This document shows positions 48,891 to 60,600 of a DNA stretch of 64,000 nucleotides, one piece after another. This stretch comes from Bacteroidia bacterium (GTDB taxonomy: Bacteria > Bacteroidota > Bacteroidia > Bacteroidales > GWA2-32-17). The first letter of the stretch is position 1, and the number at the start of each line of letters is the position of its first letter. Where the stretch lies: the NCBI GenBank assembly GCA_016218155.1, contig JACREQ010000032.1, positions 195,506 through 259,505 on the forward strand. Direction: 5' to 3'. A model generated the notes under the pieces. The model saw only the letters and a list, made by a program, of their open reading frames with translations. It made no database searches and had not been told where the DNA came from. Both the position numbers and the translations under genes were made by a program.

Positions 48891-50531
48891 ATGCGTTTTA
48901 AAAATATTCTTGTTCCTGCATTAATAAGCATTTCTATTTTTTCGCAGGCACAAACAAATAACGAGGGGCAATTGCATGGAAATTTTCAGATAGACATGCA
49001 AACTTATAAAGAAGACAGCTTAATTGGAGCTCCAAAAATTCCCGAAAAAACACTTTTAAATTCTTATGCTAACCTTACATATTCCAAAGGTAATTTTACT
49101 GCCGGAATAAGATATGAGGCATATATGAATACTTTATCAGGATACGATGCCCGTTACAACGGGAATGGGATTCCTTACAGATTTTTAACTTATAAAGCAG
49201 ACGAACTTGAAGTAACAGCCGGAAGCTTTTATGAACAGTTTGGCAATGGGTTAATATTAAGAGCTTATGAAGAAAAAGGTTTGGGCTACGATAATGCTTT
49301 TGACGGAGTTAGAGTAAAGTATCAGATTTATAAAGGTGTTTCGGTAAAAGGTCTTGTTGGAAAACAAAGATTATTTTTTGATAAAGGACCTGGAATTGTT
49401 AGAGGTATAGATGGAGAAATAAATACAAACGAGCTTTTAAAATTTATGAGTGAAAGCAAAACCCAGATTATTCTTGGTGGTAGTTTTGTAAGTAAATATC
49501 AGGCCGATAAAGATCCATTGTATAAACTTCCCGAAAATGTTGGTGCTTGGGCTGCAAGAATGAATATAACAAGGGGTAATATAAATGTTAACAGTGAGTA
49601 TGCATATAAAATTAATGACCCTTCGGCAGATAATCTTAACATTTATAAACCGGGCGAAGCATTATTAATAAGTGCAAGTTATTCTAAAAAAGGTTTTGGT
49701 GTTTTGTTAAATGCAAAGAGAATTGATAACATGGCTTTTCGTTCAAACAGAAATGCCAGTTTAATAGATCTTAATATTAATTATTTGCCAATTCTTACAA
49801 AATCTTATACATATTCCTTTCTTAATTTTTATCCTTATGCTACCCAATCTAACGGAGAAATGGGTGGTGGTGCAGAAATTATGTATAAGTTTAAAAAGGA
49901 AACTTTCTTAGGTGGAAAATATGGAACTAATATTTCCATTAATTTCAGCAGGTTAAATAGTATTGATAAGTCAGCACCTTCAGATACTTCAGAAATTGGA
50001 GTGTCCGGAACATTAGGTTATCAATCGGAATTCTTTAAACCAGGTAATGAATTATATTTTCAGGATTTTAATGTTGAAATAAATAAAAAATTCTCAAAAC
50101 GATTTAGTGGTAATTTTATTTATCAAAACCTTATTTATAATTCTCCTGTATTAAGAAATGGATATGCTACTGTTTATGGTAATGCAGGAATAGCTGATAT
50201 GTTATATCGGTTAAATGATAAAAATGCTATTCACATTGAGTTAGGGGCACTTTTTACAAAACAGGATATGGGAAATTGGGTTATGGCTCAGGCTGAATAT
50301 TCTATTGCACCAAAATGGTTTTTTTCTTTATCTGACCAATATAATTATGGCAATGAGGATAAAGATAAACAACTTCATTACTACACTGTGGCGGTTGCTT
50401 ATGCAAAAGGAGGTAATCGATTACAGTTAGGTTATGGCAGGCAAAGACAAGGTATAATGTGTGTTGGTGGTGTTTGCAGAAGTGTACCAGCATCTAACGG
50501 TTTCATTTTAGCATTAAGTTCAAGTTTTTAA
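48891..50531 (+). CDS. DUF6029-type outer-membrane beta-barrel protein
   Basis: Signal peptide, then QLHGNFQIDMQTY, GNFTAGIRYEAY and FYEQFGNGLILRAYEEKGLGYDN. The terminal residue is aromatic (...SSSF). Confidence 0.5.
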   Translation: MRFKNILVPALISISIFSQAQTNNEGQLHGNFQIDMQTYKEDSLIGAPKIPEKTLLNSYANLTYSKGNFTAGIRYEAYMNTLSGYDARYNGNGIPYRFLTYKADELEVTAGSFYEQFGNGLILRAYEEKGLGYDNAFDGVRVKYQIYKGVSVKGLVGKQRLFFDKGPGIVRGIDGEINTNELLKFMSESKTQIILGGSFVSKYQADKDPLYKLPENVGAWAARMNITRGNINVNSEYAYKINDPSADNLNIYKPGEALLISASYSKKGFGVLLNAKRIDNMAFRSNRNASLIDLNINYLPILTKSYTYSFLNFYPYATQSNGEMGGGAEIMYKFKKETFLGGKYGTNISINFSRLNSIDKSAPSDTSEIGVSGTLGYQSEFFKPGNELYFQDFNVEINKKFSKRFSGNFIYQNLIYNSPVLRNGYATVYGNAGIADMLYRLNDKNAIHIELGALFTKQDMGNWVMAQAEYSIAPKWFFSLSDQYNYGNEDKDKQLHYYTVAVAYAKGGNRLQLGYGRQRQGIMCVGGVCRSVPASNGFILALSSSF

Positions 50532-50543
50532 AAAAAGAAAATT

Positions 50544-51431
50544 ATGAAAAACAATTTTCAGAAAATATTTATATTATTGTGCTCGGTGTTAATAATTGCA
50601 ATAATAGGTTGTGATAAAATTGAAGGTCCATTCACAGAGAATAATGAAATTATAGATACAACAAGATGTCCGGTACCACAGTTTCCGGCACTTGAAAATA
50701 CTTATAGGAAAATTCTTATTGAAGATTTCACTGGACATAAATGTGGTTATTGCCCACGAGCTCATGTTGCATTACATGATTTAATTGCTACTTATGGTGA
50801 CACTATTGTTTCATATGCTATGCATGTTAGTGATGGTTATGCTGCACCTGATGCAACCGGTTCTTACACTTATGATTTTAGAACTGAAGAAGGAACTTTT
50901 GTTGATAATGCATTTCATATTTCAGCAGGAGGTCTTCCCAAGGGAATGGTTAGCAGAGTTAAATATAATGGGAGTGAAGTAATAGATCATGGTTCTTGGC
51001 CAATTGTTGTACAAACTATGTTAAATGATATTCCAAAATTGGGATTACAGATTATTAATAATTATAATAGTACTGATAGTTCTTTTTGTTCTCACATTAA
51101 AATATCTTTTCTTGAAAATATTACTGATACACTAATGTTTTATTGCTGTTTAACAGAAGATAGTATTATAAAGCCGCAGAAAAATTATGATGTAACACCA
51201 AACACAATTCCAAACTATGTTCATATGCATGTTTACAGAGATGGATTAAATGGTAATTTAGGTGTAACAATTAACCCAAGTTTAGCAATTAAGGACAGCT
51301 CTATTGTAAAATCTTATTATTACAAGCTAAATGGTAAAGACTATGTACATAAGAATCTTAAAATAGTAGCTTATGTTTATAAGAGTTCTACAAATGAAGT
51401 TTTGCAGGCAGAGGATAAAAAAGTAAAATAA
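50544..51431 (+). CDS. Omp28-related outer-membrane lipoprotein with thioredoxin-like CxxC
   Basis: Lipobox ...AIIGC. LIEDFTGHKCGYCPRAH matches the Omp28-family N-terminal motif. Confidence 0.5.
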   Translation: MKNNFQKIFILLCSVLIIAIIGCDKIEGPFTENNEIIDTTRCPVPQFPALENTYRKILIEDFTGHKCGYCPRAHVALHDLIATYGDTIVSYAMHVSDGYAAPDATGSYTYDFRTEEGTFVDNAFHISAGGLPKGMVSRVKYNGSEVIDHGSWPIVVQTMLNDIPKLGLQIINNYNSTDSSFCSHIKISFLENITDTLMFYCCLTEDSIIKPQKNYDVTPNTIPNYVHMHVYRDGLNGNLGVTINPSLAIKDSSIVKSYYYKLNGKDYVHKNLKIVAYVYKSSTNEVLQAEDKKVK

Positions 51432-51448
51432 ATATTTAACGCTTATTT

Positions 51449-51481
51449 AAACCCAACAGGTTTCAAAAACCTGTTAGGTTT
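51449..51481. terminator. Bidirectional terminator hairpin between convergent genes
   Basis: aaacccaacaggttt / aaacctgttaggttt form a 15-bp stem with one mismatch and a 3-nt loop. A/T runs flank both sides. Confidence 0.7.
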
Positions 51482-51489
51482 ATAATACT

Positions 51490-54381
51490 TTAATTTCTGA
51501 AAAGAGATTTCTTCTTAACTATAACAACCTTCCCGTATTTAGCCAGTTCTTTCTGGTTAATTCTTTTTGCATCTCCTACTATTCCTATAACCATAGGTTT
51601 TGATTTAAGATTATCATCTGAGAATTTTTTAATGTCATCAAAGCTTAATTCATAGTAAACCGGTATTTTTACTTTTGATGGATCTTCTTTATAACCTAAT
51701 AATTTCCATTTAGCAATAGATGTACTAAGGTCTCTGAAATCGGGATGCTCAGCTACAGCAGATTGAGCCAGATATTCTTTTATCATGTTAATTCTTTCTG
51801 GTTTTAATGGCATTTTTCTAACAAGAGAATCAAATAAGCTTACTGCCTCAATTGTCTTATCACTCTGAGTTCCGATAAAACCATAAAAAACACTCTCTTT
51901 TCCAGATTGTTGTGGAACCGAATAACGTGCACCGGCTGAATATGCGAGTGATCTGTATTCTCTTACTTCCTGTAACACTAAACCAGAGAAATCGCCACCA
52001 AAATATAAATTAAATGCATCTATATATGGCTCGTCGTCATTGTAAAAAGGCTTTTCGTTAATTAAGAAATATATTTTGCTTTGTAAAGCTTTCGGTTTAT
52101 CCACTAGGTAAATTGTATTTTCATTATAATTTGTTACACTTAAACTTGAAGGTGCTAATGATTTTGATGGTCTTTCAGCAAAGCGATAGTCGTTTTTTAA
52201 ATATGAAATAATCTCATCAAAAGGTAAATTACCAACATAATGCACATCGGCTTCAAAATTTGTTGCAAGTTTGAAAACTGAAATTATTGAATCTACAGAA
52301 GTGTTTTTTAATTCTTTTATTGTTGGTCTGTCTATAAAGTTTGATTTATTACCAAATTTTATCCAACTAAATAGCGCAGTGGCAATATTATCAGGTTCTT
52401 TACTTTCAATTTTACGATTTGATTTTTCACCTTCAAGCAAAATGTTAAGTTTTTCGGTTTCACATACCGGGTTATGTATAAGTTTTCCTAATAATGTTAG
52501 TGCAGGTTTAATCTGACTTTCTTTTCCTTCTAATTCTACAATTGTGTAGTCTTTATCGCTGCTTATATTGTATGTACATCCTATTTTACTAAACTCGTTT
52601 TTTAGTTCATTTACTTTTAATTCGGAAGTTCCTGAAAGATTTGCAAGTTGTGTTGAGCTTGATAATAATGGATGATAGGTTTCGCCCATTCCATATTTAA
52701 TAGTGAGAGTAAAAATATCATTATATGGATTCTTAGTTTGATATATCCATATACCTTTTTTTACTCTGTTTTGTTGTACATCAGATCTGAAATCAACAAA
52801 TTTTTCTGAAATAGGTTTAGATGGTAATGTTTCTAAATGTTTTGCAAATTCAGATTTTGCATCAGTATTAGAAATAACGGGTTTATATCCTGGTTTATCA
52901 ATTTTTTCATTTTTAGGTAATCCCATTTTTGAGTAAAATGCAAGATAATTTTTACCATAATATTTATTAGCAGTATTAATAACATCCTGCTTTGTAATTG
53001 CCATAATTTTATCAGGAATAGAAAAAGCAACTTCGCATTCCTGATTTCTACCAAATAATTCTGCAAAATACATCGAGCGGTTTTCCACATTTTCCATGTC
53101 AAACATAAAGTCTTTATATAATTCTGCTTTTATTGCATCAACCATCCAGTCATCAAAATTTCCGTTTTTTAAATCTTCAATTTTTTGCATTACAAGTGCT
53201 TCGGCATCTTCCAATTTTTGACCTAATATTTTAGGAACAATTAATATTACATCTTCGCCATAGTCATTGTATTGCATTGGAAAAATTTGAGCACTTAGTA
53301 ATTTATTATCTATTGTTAGTTTATCTAATAATCCTGTTTGATTTCCATTTGAGAGTATTCTGTTACAAACCTGAATTGCAATTTCGTCTTTATCTCCGGC
53401 AGGAACTGTTCTAAAACCAAGTAATCCCAATTTAATTGGAGATAATTTCATCTCAACAGATTCGCGTCCATTAAAAGGTTCCTCTTTCCATTCTTTTTTA
53501 GCAGGAAGTTCAGCCTTTTTCCATCTTCCAAATTTTTCTTTAATTAATTCAAGGGTTTCTTGTGTGTTAAAATCACCTGAAAGAACAAGAGCCATATTGT
53601 TAGGGACATAATAAGTTGTAAAAAATTGAAACATCTTATTTAAAGAAGGATTTTTTAAATGGTCAATTGTTCCTATTAAAGGCTGTTGTCCGTATGGATG
53701 ATTTTTAAAAGATGCTTTGTTAAATTCTTCTAAAAGTTTAAAAATAAACATATCCGAATAAAGATTTTTTTCTTCATAAACAACTTCCAGTTCAGATTGA
53801 AATCCTCTGAATACAGGATTAATAAAACGTTGACTATAAATTTCCAACCATTTATTCAATTGATTAGAAGGAAATGCATTATGATATGCTGTTCTGTCAG
53901 GGCTAGTATTTGCATTTAAGTCAATACCACCAATACTCTTAATAACTTTATCCATTTCATTTGGAATAGCATATTTATTTGCTTCCAAGGATGCCTGATT
54001 AATATTTAATTGAATCTCTTTTCTTTTTTCAGGGTCTGTTGTTTTACCAAGTTCTTCGTATAGAGCAAATATTTTATCAATATGAGGTTTTTCGGCGTTC
54101 CAATCTGTAGTGCCTAATTTATCTGTTCCTTTAAAAAGCATATGTTCCATATAATGAGCCATACCTGTTGCATCTGCAGGGTCATTCTTCGAACCTGCTT
54201 TTGTAACAACTATGCCATATATCATTGGTCTTGAGTGATCTTCATTTAGAATAACAGTTAATCCGTTTTCTAATATATACTTTTCAACAACAGGTTTTTT
54301 CCATTCAATTATTTGACTTAATCCATTTTGAATGATAAATATTACTAAAAAAGAAAAAATAATACAGAATTTCATGGTCAA
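51490..54381 (-). CDS. M16 (pitrilysin/insulinase) family zinc peptidase, double-module
   Basis: Signal peptide and inverted zincin motif HYMEH in GMAHYMEHMLFKGT. The 963-aa length is consistent with two M16 active/inactive domain pairs. Confidence 0.85.
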   Translation of the reverse strand: MTMKFCIIFSFLVIFIIQNGLSQIIEWKKPVVEKYILENGLTVILNEDHSRPMIYGIVVTKAGSKNDPADATGMAHYMEHMLFKGTDKLGTTDWNAEKPHIDKIFALYEELGKTTDPEKRKEIQLNINQASLEANKYAIPNEMDKVIKSIGGIDLNANTSPDRTAYHNAFPSNQLNKWLEIYSQRFINPVFRGFQSELEVVYEEKNLYSDMFIFKLLEEFNKASFKNHPYGQQPLIGTIDHLKNPSLNKMFQFFTTYYVPNNMALVLSGDFNTQETLELIKEKFGRWKKAELPAKKEWKEEPFNGRESVEMKLSPIKLGLLGFRTVPAGDKDEIAIQVCNRILSNGNQTGLLDKLTIDNKLLSAQIFPMQYNDYGEDVILIVPKILGQKLEDAEALVMQKIEDLKNGNFDDWMVDAIKAELYKDFMFDMENVENRSMYFAELFGRNQECEVAFSIPDKIMAITKQDVINTANKYYGKNYLAFYSKMGLPKNEKIDKPGYKPVISNTDAKSEFAKHLETLPSKPISEKFVDFRSDVQQNRVKKGIWIYQTKNPYNDIFTLTIKYGMGETYHPLLSSSTQLANLSGTSELKVNELKNEFSKIGCTYNISSDKDYTIVELEGKESQIKPALTLLGKLIHNPVCETEKLNILLEGEKSNRKIESKEPDNIATALFSWIKFGNKSNFIDRPTIKELKNTSVDSIISVFKLATNFEADVHYVGNLPFDEIISYLKNDYRFAERPSKSLAPSSLSVTNYNENTIYLVDKPKALQSKIYFLINEKPFYNDDEPYIDAFNLYFGGDFSGLVLQEVREYRSLAYSAGARYSVPQQSGKESVFYGFIGTQSDKTIEAVSLFDSLVRKMPLKPERINMIKEYLAQSAVAEHPDFRDLSTSIAKWKLLGYKEDPSKVKIPVYYELSFDDIKKFSDDNLKSKPMVIGIVGDAKRINQKELAKYGKVVIVKKKSLFRN

Positions 54382-54605
54382 TTAATTATAAGTGATTACT
54401 ATGAACTCATTCTTTTTACCTATTCAAACTTACATAATATTTTTTGAACTTTATATTTTTTATTTAAAAAGTGATTTATCAATAGAAGATTTATGTTTTA
54501 TTTTATTCTTTATAAATTCTTAATGGCTTATTTTTTGAAGTCCGTTTTCATTAAATAAATTTGAGGGATTGGCATTTAGAATAAAAAAATGTTTAATTTC
54601 GTAAC

Positions 54606-54613
54606 TAAATTTG
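54606..54613 (+). promoter_or_regulatory. Candidate -7 promoter box (TAAATTTG)
   Basis: TAnnTTTG match 22 nt before ATG 54636 and 43 nt before ATG 54657. Confidence 0.3.
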
Positions 54614-54635
54614 AGTTTTTATGTAAAAAACTTGA

Positions 54636-57600
54636 ATGATATTATATGGAAGAATAATGATATTCAGAATATTAATTCTTTTTTGTTTTTTTAGTTTCTC
54701 CTGTGTTTATAACATCAATGCTCAGGATAAAGTTAAAACTACTCAGGATACTGAGTTGGAACAAAAAGCATTTACACTTTTCAGAGCAGAGAATTACATA
54801 GAAGCACTTCCATTATTTTCTCAATTACTAAGTCTTTATCCAAAAGAGCCAAATTATAATTTTGGTTATGCTGTTTGTTTAATAGAAACAAATCAACAAA
54901 TTGAAAAAGCTATAAAATATCTGCAATTTGCCGATAGTAAAAGTGATAATCCTTTAATAAAATTCTATTTAGGAAGGGCATTTCATTTAAGCTATAAGTT
55001 TGATGAGGCATTAACAAATTATGAAGCTTATTCAAAAAAAGCACTACCTGCAGACAAAAAGAAATATTTACTGGATAGCAGAATTGCTATGTGTAACAAT
55101 GGAAAAGAACTTATTAGGTATATCAGTGATTTAACTGTTGTTGATAATAAAAAAATTAAAAACGATAACTTTTATTATTCATATGAATTAAAAGATTTTG
55201 GTGGAAAACTTATTGTAAAACCGCCTGAATTTAAGACTAAGCTTGATAAAAAATATGAAACTGTAAATAATGTTATTTTTTTTCCGAATAACGGTAAAGA
55301 GGTATTTTATGGAAGTTTTGGTGAAAATAAAGCAAACGGTCGTGAAATTTTTAATATAAAAAAGAACTTAGATGGAACATGGAGTAAACCAGTGAATATT
55401 GGTTCTGTAATAAATACTCCATATGATGAGGACTATGCTTTTTTACAAGCCGATGGAAAAACACTTTATTTTTCATCAAAGGGGCATAATAGTATGGGTG
55501 GCTATGATATTTTTAAATCTGTATTTGATAGTACTGCAAATGCATGGACAAAGCCAATTAACCTAGATTTTCCTACAAATACTCCATATGATGATTATTT
55601 GTTTATTACAGATAAGGATGAGTTGTATGCTTATTTTGCATCAAACCGTGAAACCAATGGAGATAATATTTCGGTTTATAAAATTGTAGTTGATAAAAAA
55701 CCTGTTGAAAGACAATTTAATAACATAGATGAAATTTTAAATACCTCAAAACTTGAAGTATCAACTTTAGCTGATATTAAAAAGGCTGAAAATTCACATA
55801 ACGATGCTAACAATAAACAATTATTAACTAATAATGTTTCAAATAACAATAATCAGTTAACTTCAACTAATTATAAGTTTAAACCTATTACTTATTCACC
55901 AAATATTACAACTCAACAATTAAGTTCAGAGGTAGATAAAGATGAAAAGGAAATTAACAATCAGGCTAATAATTTAAGAAAACAAAGCGATATTGCTTAT
56001 CTGTCTGCTATTGAAAAAAATAATCAGGCAAATAACAAGAGAAAACTTGCAAGCGATAAAACAAATGAATTAAGTAAAATTACAGATATAAATTTAGCCG
56101 AAAAGAAAAAGCAAGAAATTTTTGACTTAATAACCGAGGCTGAAAATCTCGAGAATAATGCAGTTACGGCATATAATGTAGCAAAAAATCTGGACCAGGT
56201 TGCAACAGATATTGAAGAGGATGCTGCAAAAACAAAAAATATTAAGGAAGCAATTAATAATTCTGATAATGTAAATAATGAGAGTTTAGTTGAGATTGTA
56301 AATAAGAATAAAGACCAGCTTAACAAGAGTCAGAATAAATACACTACAATCGAAAATGAAATAGAAAACAGAACTAGTCTTGCTAACAGTAAGCAAAAAG
56401 AGTTTTTGCAAAACGAAAAAGAATATAATGCCAATTTAAATGATATTTCAAGCACTGAAGATGAAATTAATACTCTAAAACAACAGATAGATAACGAAAA
56501 TGATAATAATAAGAAAACAGAACTTGTAAAACAGTTAGAGAATAAAAATAAACAGCTTGAAGCATATAATTCTAAGGACTCTGTTCTGGAAGACAGCTAT
56601 GAAAAATCAAAAATCGTTAGTGAAAATTTACAGGAAGAAGTTAAATTTTTAAAAGGACTACAGAATAATGTGTCCGTTGATACACGTACAACACAGGATT
56701 TAGCTGTGCTAACAAAGAACATTAATAAAGATCAGTTACATAAAGATATTTTTGACAAAGAACTTACTTTTGACGTGAAGAATGCTAATGCAGTACTTAA
56801 CAATAATAATTTGACTGCAAATAATAACAAGCAGAATATTATTAAAAGCAATAATCAAGTAATAAATAATACCGAAGCAAATAATATAAATTCCGAAAGT
56901 CTATATGTTCAGGCAGAAAAAAACAAGAAAATAGCAGACTCATTACAAAATGTTATATCTGTAAAAGAGAAAGTAATGGCTTCAATTACAGATCCTAAAA
57001 AGCATGCTGCTGCATATAATGAAATTACTCAGTTAAATGATTTAAAAGAGTTAAAAACTAAACAAAGTGAAGAGTTGTTAAAACAAGCTAAGGCAAATGA
57101 TAAAACACTTGTTTCAAATAATACTAATACAAATATTTATAACAATAATTCTGTTTTTCCATTTAATAGCGATAATTCAACAAATACAAATCAGGATTCA
57201 AAGCTTGTAACATATCAGAAAGAAGTTTTGAATGCTCAGTATTATGAAAATTTAGTTCGTGAGCAAAGAACTAAAGTTGATATGTTAAAGTACAGTTTGA
57301 CAAATGCAACTGATGCAGATTCTAAATCTAATACTGAAAAACAAATTGCAGAATTAAATAAAGAGATTGAAAAGAATACTCTGATCAGAAACCAAAGTAA
57401 AGCCAATGTAGAAAAATTACATAAAGAGGCTGTTTCTGAAGTAGATGTTAATGCTATAACAAATGAACAGTTAGTATTGAATGCTACTCAATATAAAATG
57501 AAGAGTGAGCTAAATTTAACTAATGAGCAAAAACAGGTGATGAGCTTGGTTGAGAATGATAGAGAGTTTTTAAAGGGAATTCAGAAAAATTGTAACGAGA

Positions 57601-60600
57601 TTACTGCTGAGATTGAAGAGTTAATTAAAAGGCGCGAAACAGCAGATTTAAAAACTCAAAAACAAATAGATAAAGATTTAATTTCAAAACGTGAAAAACA
57701 AGCTGAACTTATTAAGAAATATTCTACAGTATCAATGGAGTCTAATCAGGATGCTGCAGTAATATATAAAGATGTAATTGATGTAAATAAAAAAGTTGAT
57801 ATAACTAATCCTGATATCAGATTAGCAAATATGCTTGATAAAGAAGCTGAAATATATTTCGAGAAAGCTGCTAATGTCCGCAAAGATGCTGAATTACTAG
57901 GGAAACCTGAAGAAACCCTTTTAGAATACAATAAAGCTGATAATATTGAGCAGATTGCAATTCAAAAACAAAAATATTCTATTGATTTATACAAAAAATC
58001 TCAAACAAACCTTACCGCTAATAATAATGTAGTAAATAATAGCAATAATGTAAATAATGTTTCAAATCCTAATACAAATAAGAATTTTAATACTGTTTCG
58101 GCAGATACAAATCTAATTCCTCGTACTGTTACAATTACATTAAATCCTGATGAAGAAAATCAACTTAAATCATATAATTCAGAAACCCATAAAGCAGATG
58201 TTTTATTAGCCGAATCAAAAAAGAGTTTGACTGATATTGAAACTAAAAAGAATAAAGCTGCTGCAACATTTTCTGCAAAGGAAAAACAACAATTACTAAA
58301 AGGGATTGATTCTAAAGAACAGAAAGCACTCGATCAAATGCTTAATGCCTATAATTATTACGGAAAGGCTGATAGTATGAAGTTTATGGTTTATAAAAAT
58401 CAGATTAAACAATTAGAAAATTCACCATCTGTTATTGGTAATAATAAGTCTATTGCTAAACAATATACAAGTGAAGCTGAATTTTATTTTACTGAAGCAT
58501 CAAAAATAAGACAGAATGCAACTGCTATCACAGATAAGAATGCTAGAGCTGATGAGTTAAAACGTGCAACCGACTTTGAAAGGAAAGCTCTTTCAAGTCA
58601 GGAATATGCTGTAGATGTATTAACTGATGTTAATCCTGTGTTCTTTGTTTCAACAAATGACCTTACAAAAATTGACCGACTTGATGTGCTAAATCAGCCT
58701 GTTGATGTAAATGAGATTGTTAGAATTAAAACCAGCCGAATTGTTGAGAAGTTAACTTTAACAGAAGAAGAATTAATCAGATTAGATGAGGCTGAAAAGA
58801 AAAGAGCTATTTCTAATCAATTGATAAATGATGCAAATAAATATCTGGCTAATCTCGACAGCTTAAAAAAAATAGTCGAATTACCTGCAAATGCAAAGGA
58901 TAAGAAAAAAGCTGAAAAGCAGATTCCTAAAGTAGAAAAGGACATGTTTGCTAGCCAGTTTACTTCTGCTGAGCTAAATGAAAGTATAAATGATGCTCGT
59001 TTTTATCTTTATAAAGAGAATTTTAAAAAGACACGTTTAAATGATAATACTACAGAGGCAAGACAGGGTAAACAGTTAGAGAAAGATGCTAATGCAAAGT
59101 ATTCTAAAGCAAAATCATTGAGAGAGAAATCTTACATGAAAGAAGATGCCCGTAAAGCATACGAAATAGCTGTTCAGGCCAATACTTTAGAGCAGGAAGC
59201 AATAGAAGATCAGGAGAGAGCTTATGGAATTTATCTTAATCTTAAGCCTTTAGATGATGAAATAAAAGAATACGCTTTAAAACATCAGGCGAAAAACAAT
59301 AATCAAAATCAAAACCTTTTAGTTAAGACAAATGCTGATATTACTCATATAGAAACTCCTGAAATTGATACTACAAGCCAGATTCTAGCAATTAATCAAA
59401 ATAATAATCCTGTTGACACAACAACTAAATCAAATTTGGTTGTCGAAAATATAACAACTCCTGTTGATACTGCAATAGTTAACAATAATGTAATCGAGAA
59501 TAAGAATACAAATAATAATGTTGTTGTAAATAATGTATCACCGGTTGACACAACAACAAAGTCAAACTTAGTTGTTGAGAATGTAACTGTACCTGTTGAC
59601 ACTACTTCAAAGGCTAGTAATCATGTTGTTATTAATAATGTGTCGCCTGTTGACACAACAACAAAATCTAATTTAGTAGTTGAAAACATAACAGTTCCTG
59701 TTGATACTACAACAAAAACAAATAACAATGTAGTTGAGAATAAGAATACTAATAATGTTGTAATAAATAATGTTTCACCTATTGACACTACAACCAAATC
59801 AAATTTAGCAGTAGAAAACATTACAGTTCCTATTGATACCACAACAAAAACAAATAACAATGTAATTGAGAATATTAATACAAATAATAATGTTGTAACA
59901 AATAACACTAATAATGTTGATAACCCACCTGTAAATAATAATGCAATTACCCAAGCATTAAATAAAACTGGTTTTGGTTTTTCAATTCTACCAGTAAATG
60001 CATATAGTGCTGCAAGTCCTATTCCAATGAATGTTCCTTTACCTGATGGAATTGTATTTAAAGTTCAGATTGGCGCATTTAAAGCCCCTGTTAAAAATGA
60101 AGCTTTTAAAGGATTAAATCCCATTTCAGGTGAAACACTTGCAGGTAGTCAGTATGTAAGATATTATGTTGGTTTGTTTTATTCTGAAGATGCTGCAAAT
60201 ATTGTTAGAAATCAGATTAAACCTATTGGGTATAATGATGCCTTTGTTGTTGCATATAAAGATGGAAAACGCATCTCATTATTTGATGCACGTAGGATGT
60301 TAAAAGAAAACGGTAAAACTGAAGAATATAACTTGTTAGCTCAGGCAGAGGTAGATAAAATAAAAAACAGAGTAGTTGAGAATCCAATAAACCAAAATGT
60401 AAATAATAATCAAACAAATAATAATCCAGTAAATCAAATTACAATTAAGCAACCTGTTAATACTACTAATGTTTCTAATGTGTCAGGGTTATTTTATACT
60501 GTACAGATTGGTGTTTATAAAAGTCCTGTTTCTTCACAGGATTTAAAAAATCTTACACCTATTTATGAAGAACAGGCATATGGATTTATCCGCTATACCA

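Noticed and set aside
243-52516. The other short or antisense ORFs in the track that overlap strong genes. Examples are 243-437, 1706-1888, 5515-5715, 6563-6799, 7623-7910, 8504-8719, 10217-10429, 11395-11622, 12674-12892, 13701-14003, 14320-14544, 14671-14928, 16142-16327, 17229-17441, 22262-22492, 26447-26749, 27560-27748, 34040-34426, 34595-34783, 35048-35443, 37209-37478, 38626-38904, 41828-42046, 44549-44761, 45445-45675, 45647-45835, 46913-47119, 50302-50493, 50785-50982, 52271-52516.
   Set aside because: Each is fully embedded in a longer ORF with clear family motifs, none shows recognisable motifs of its own, and the low-complexity composition is typical of shadow frames in AT-rich DNA.
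56024-59908. Antisense ORFs inside the giant gene (56024-56326, 57746-57931, 59396-59602, 59621-59908).
   Set aside because: They lie opposite a long, convincing sense ORF in A-rich low-complexity or tandem-repeat DNA. Their products are Phe/Leu/Val/Thr-rich mirror images (…VVVSTGTVMFSTTKFD…) that simply reflect the sense repeats.
59409-59909. The regularly spaced ~132-nt repeats could be read as a CRISPR-like array.
   Set aside because: The whole unit is repeated, not short repeats separated by unique spacers. It is in frame within a continuous ORF, and no cas genes are nearby.
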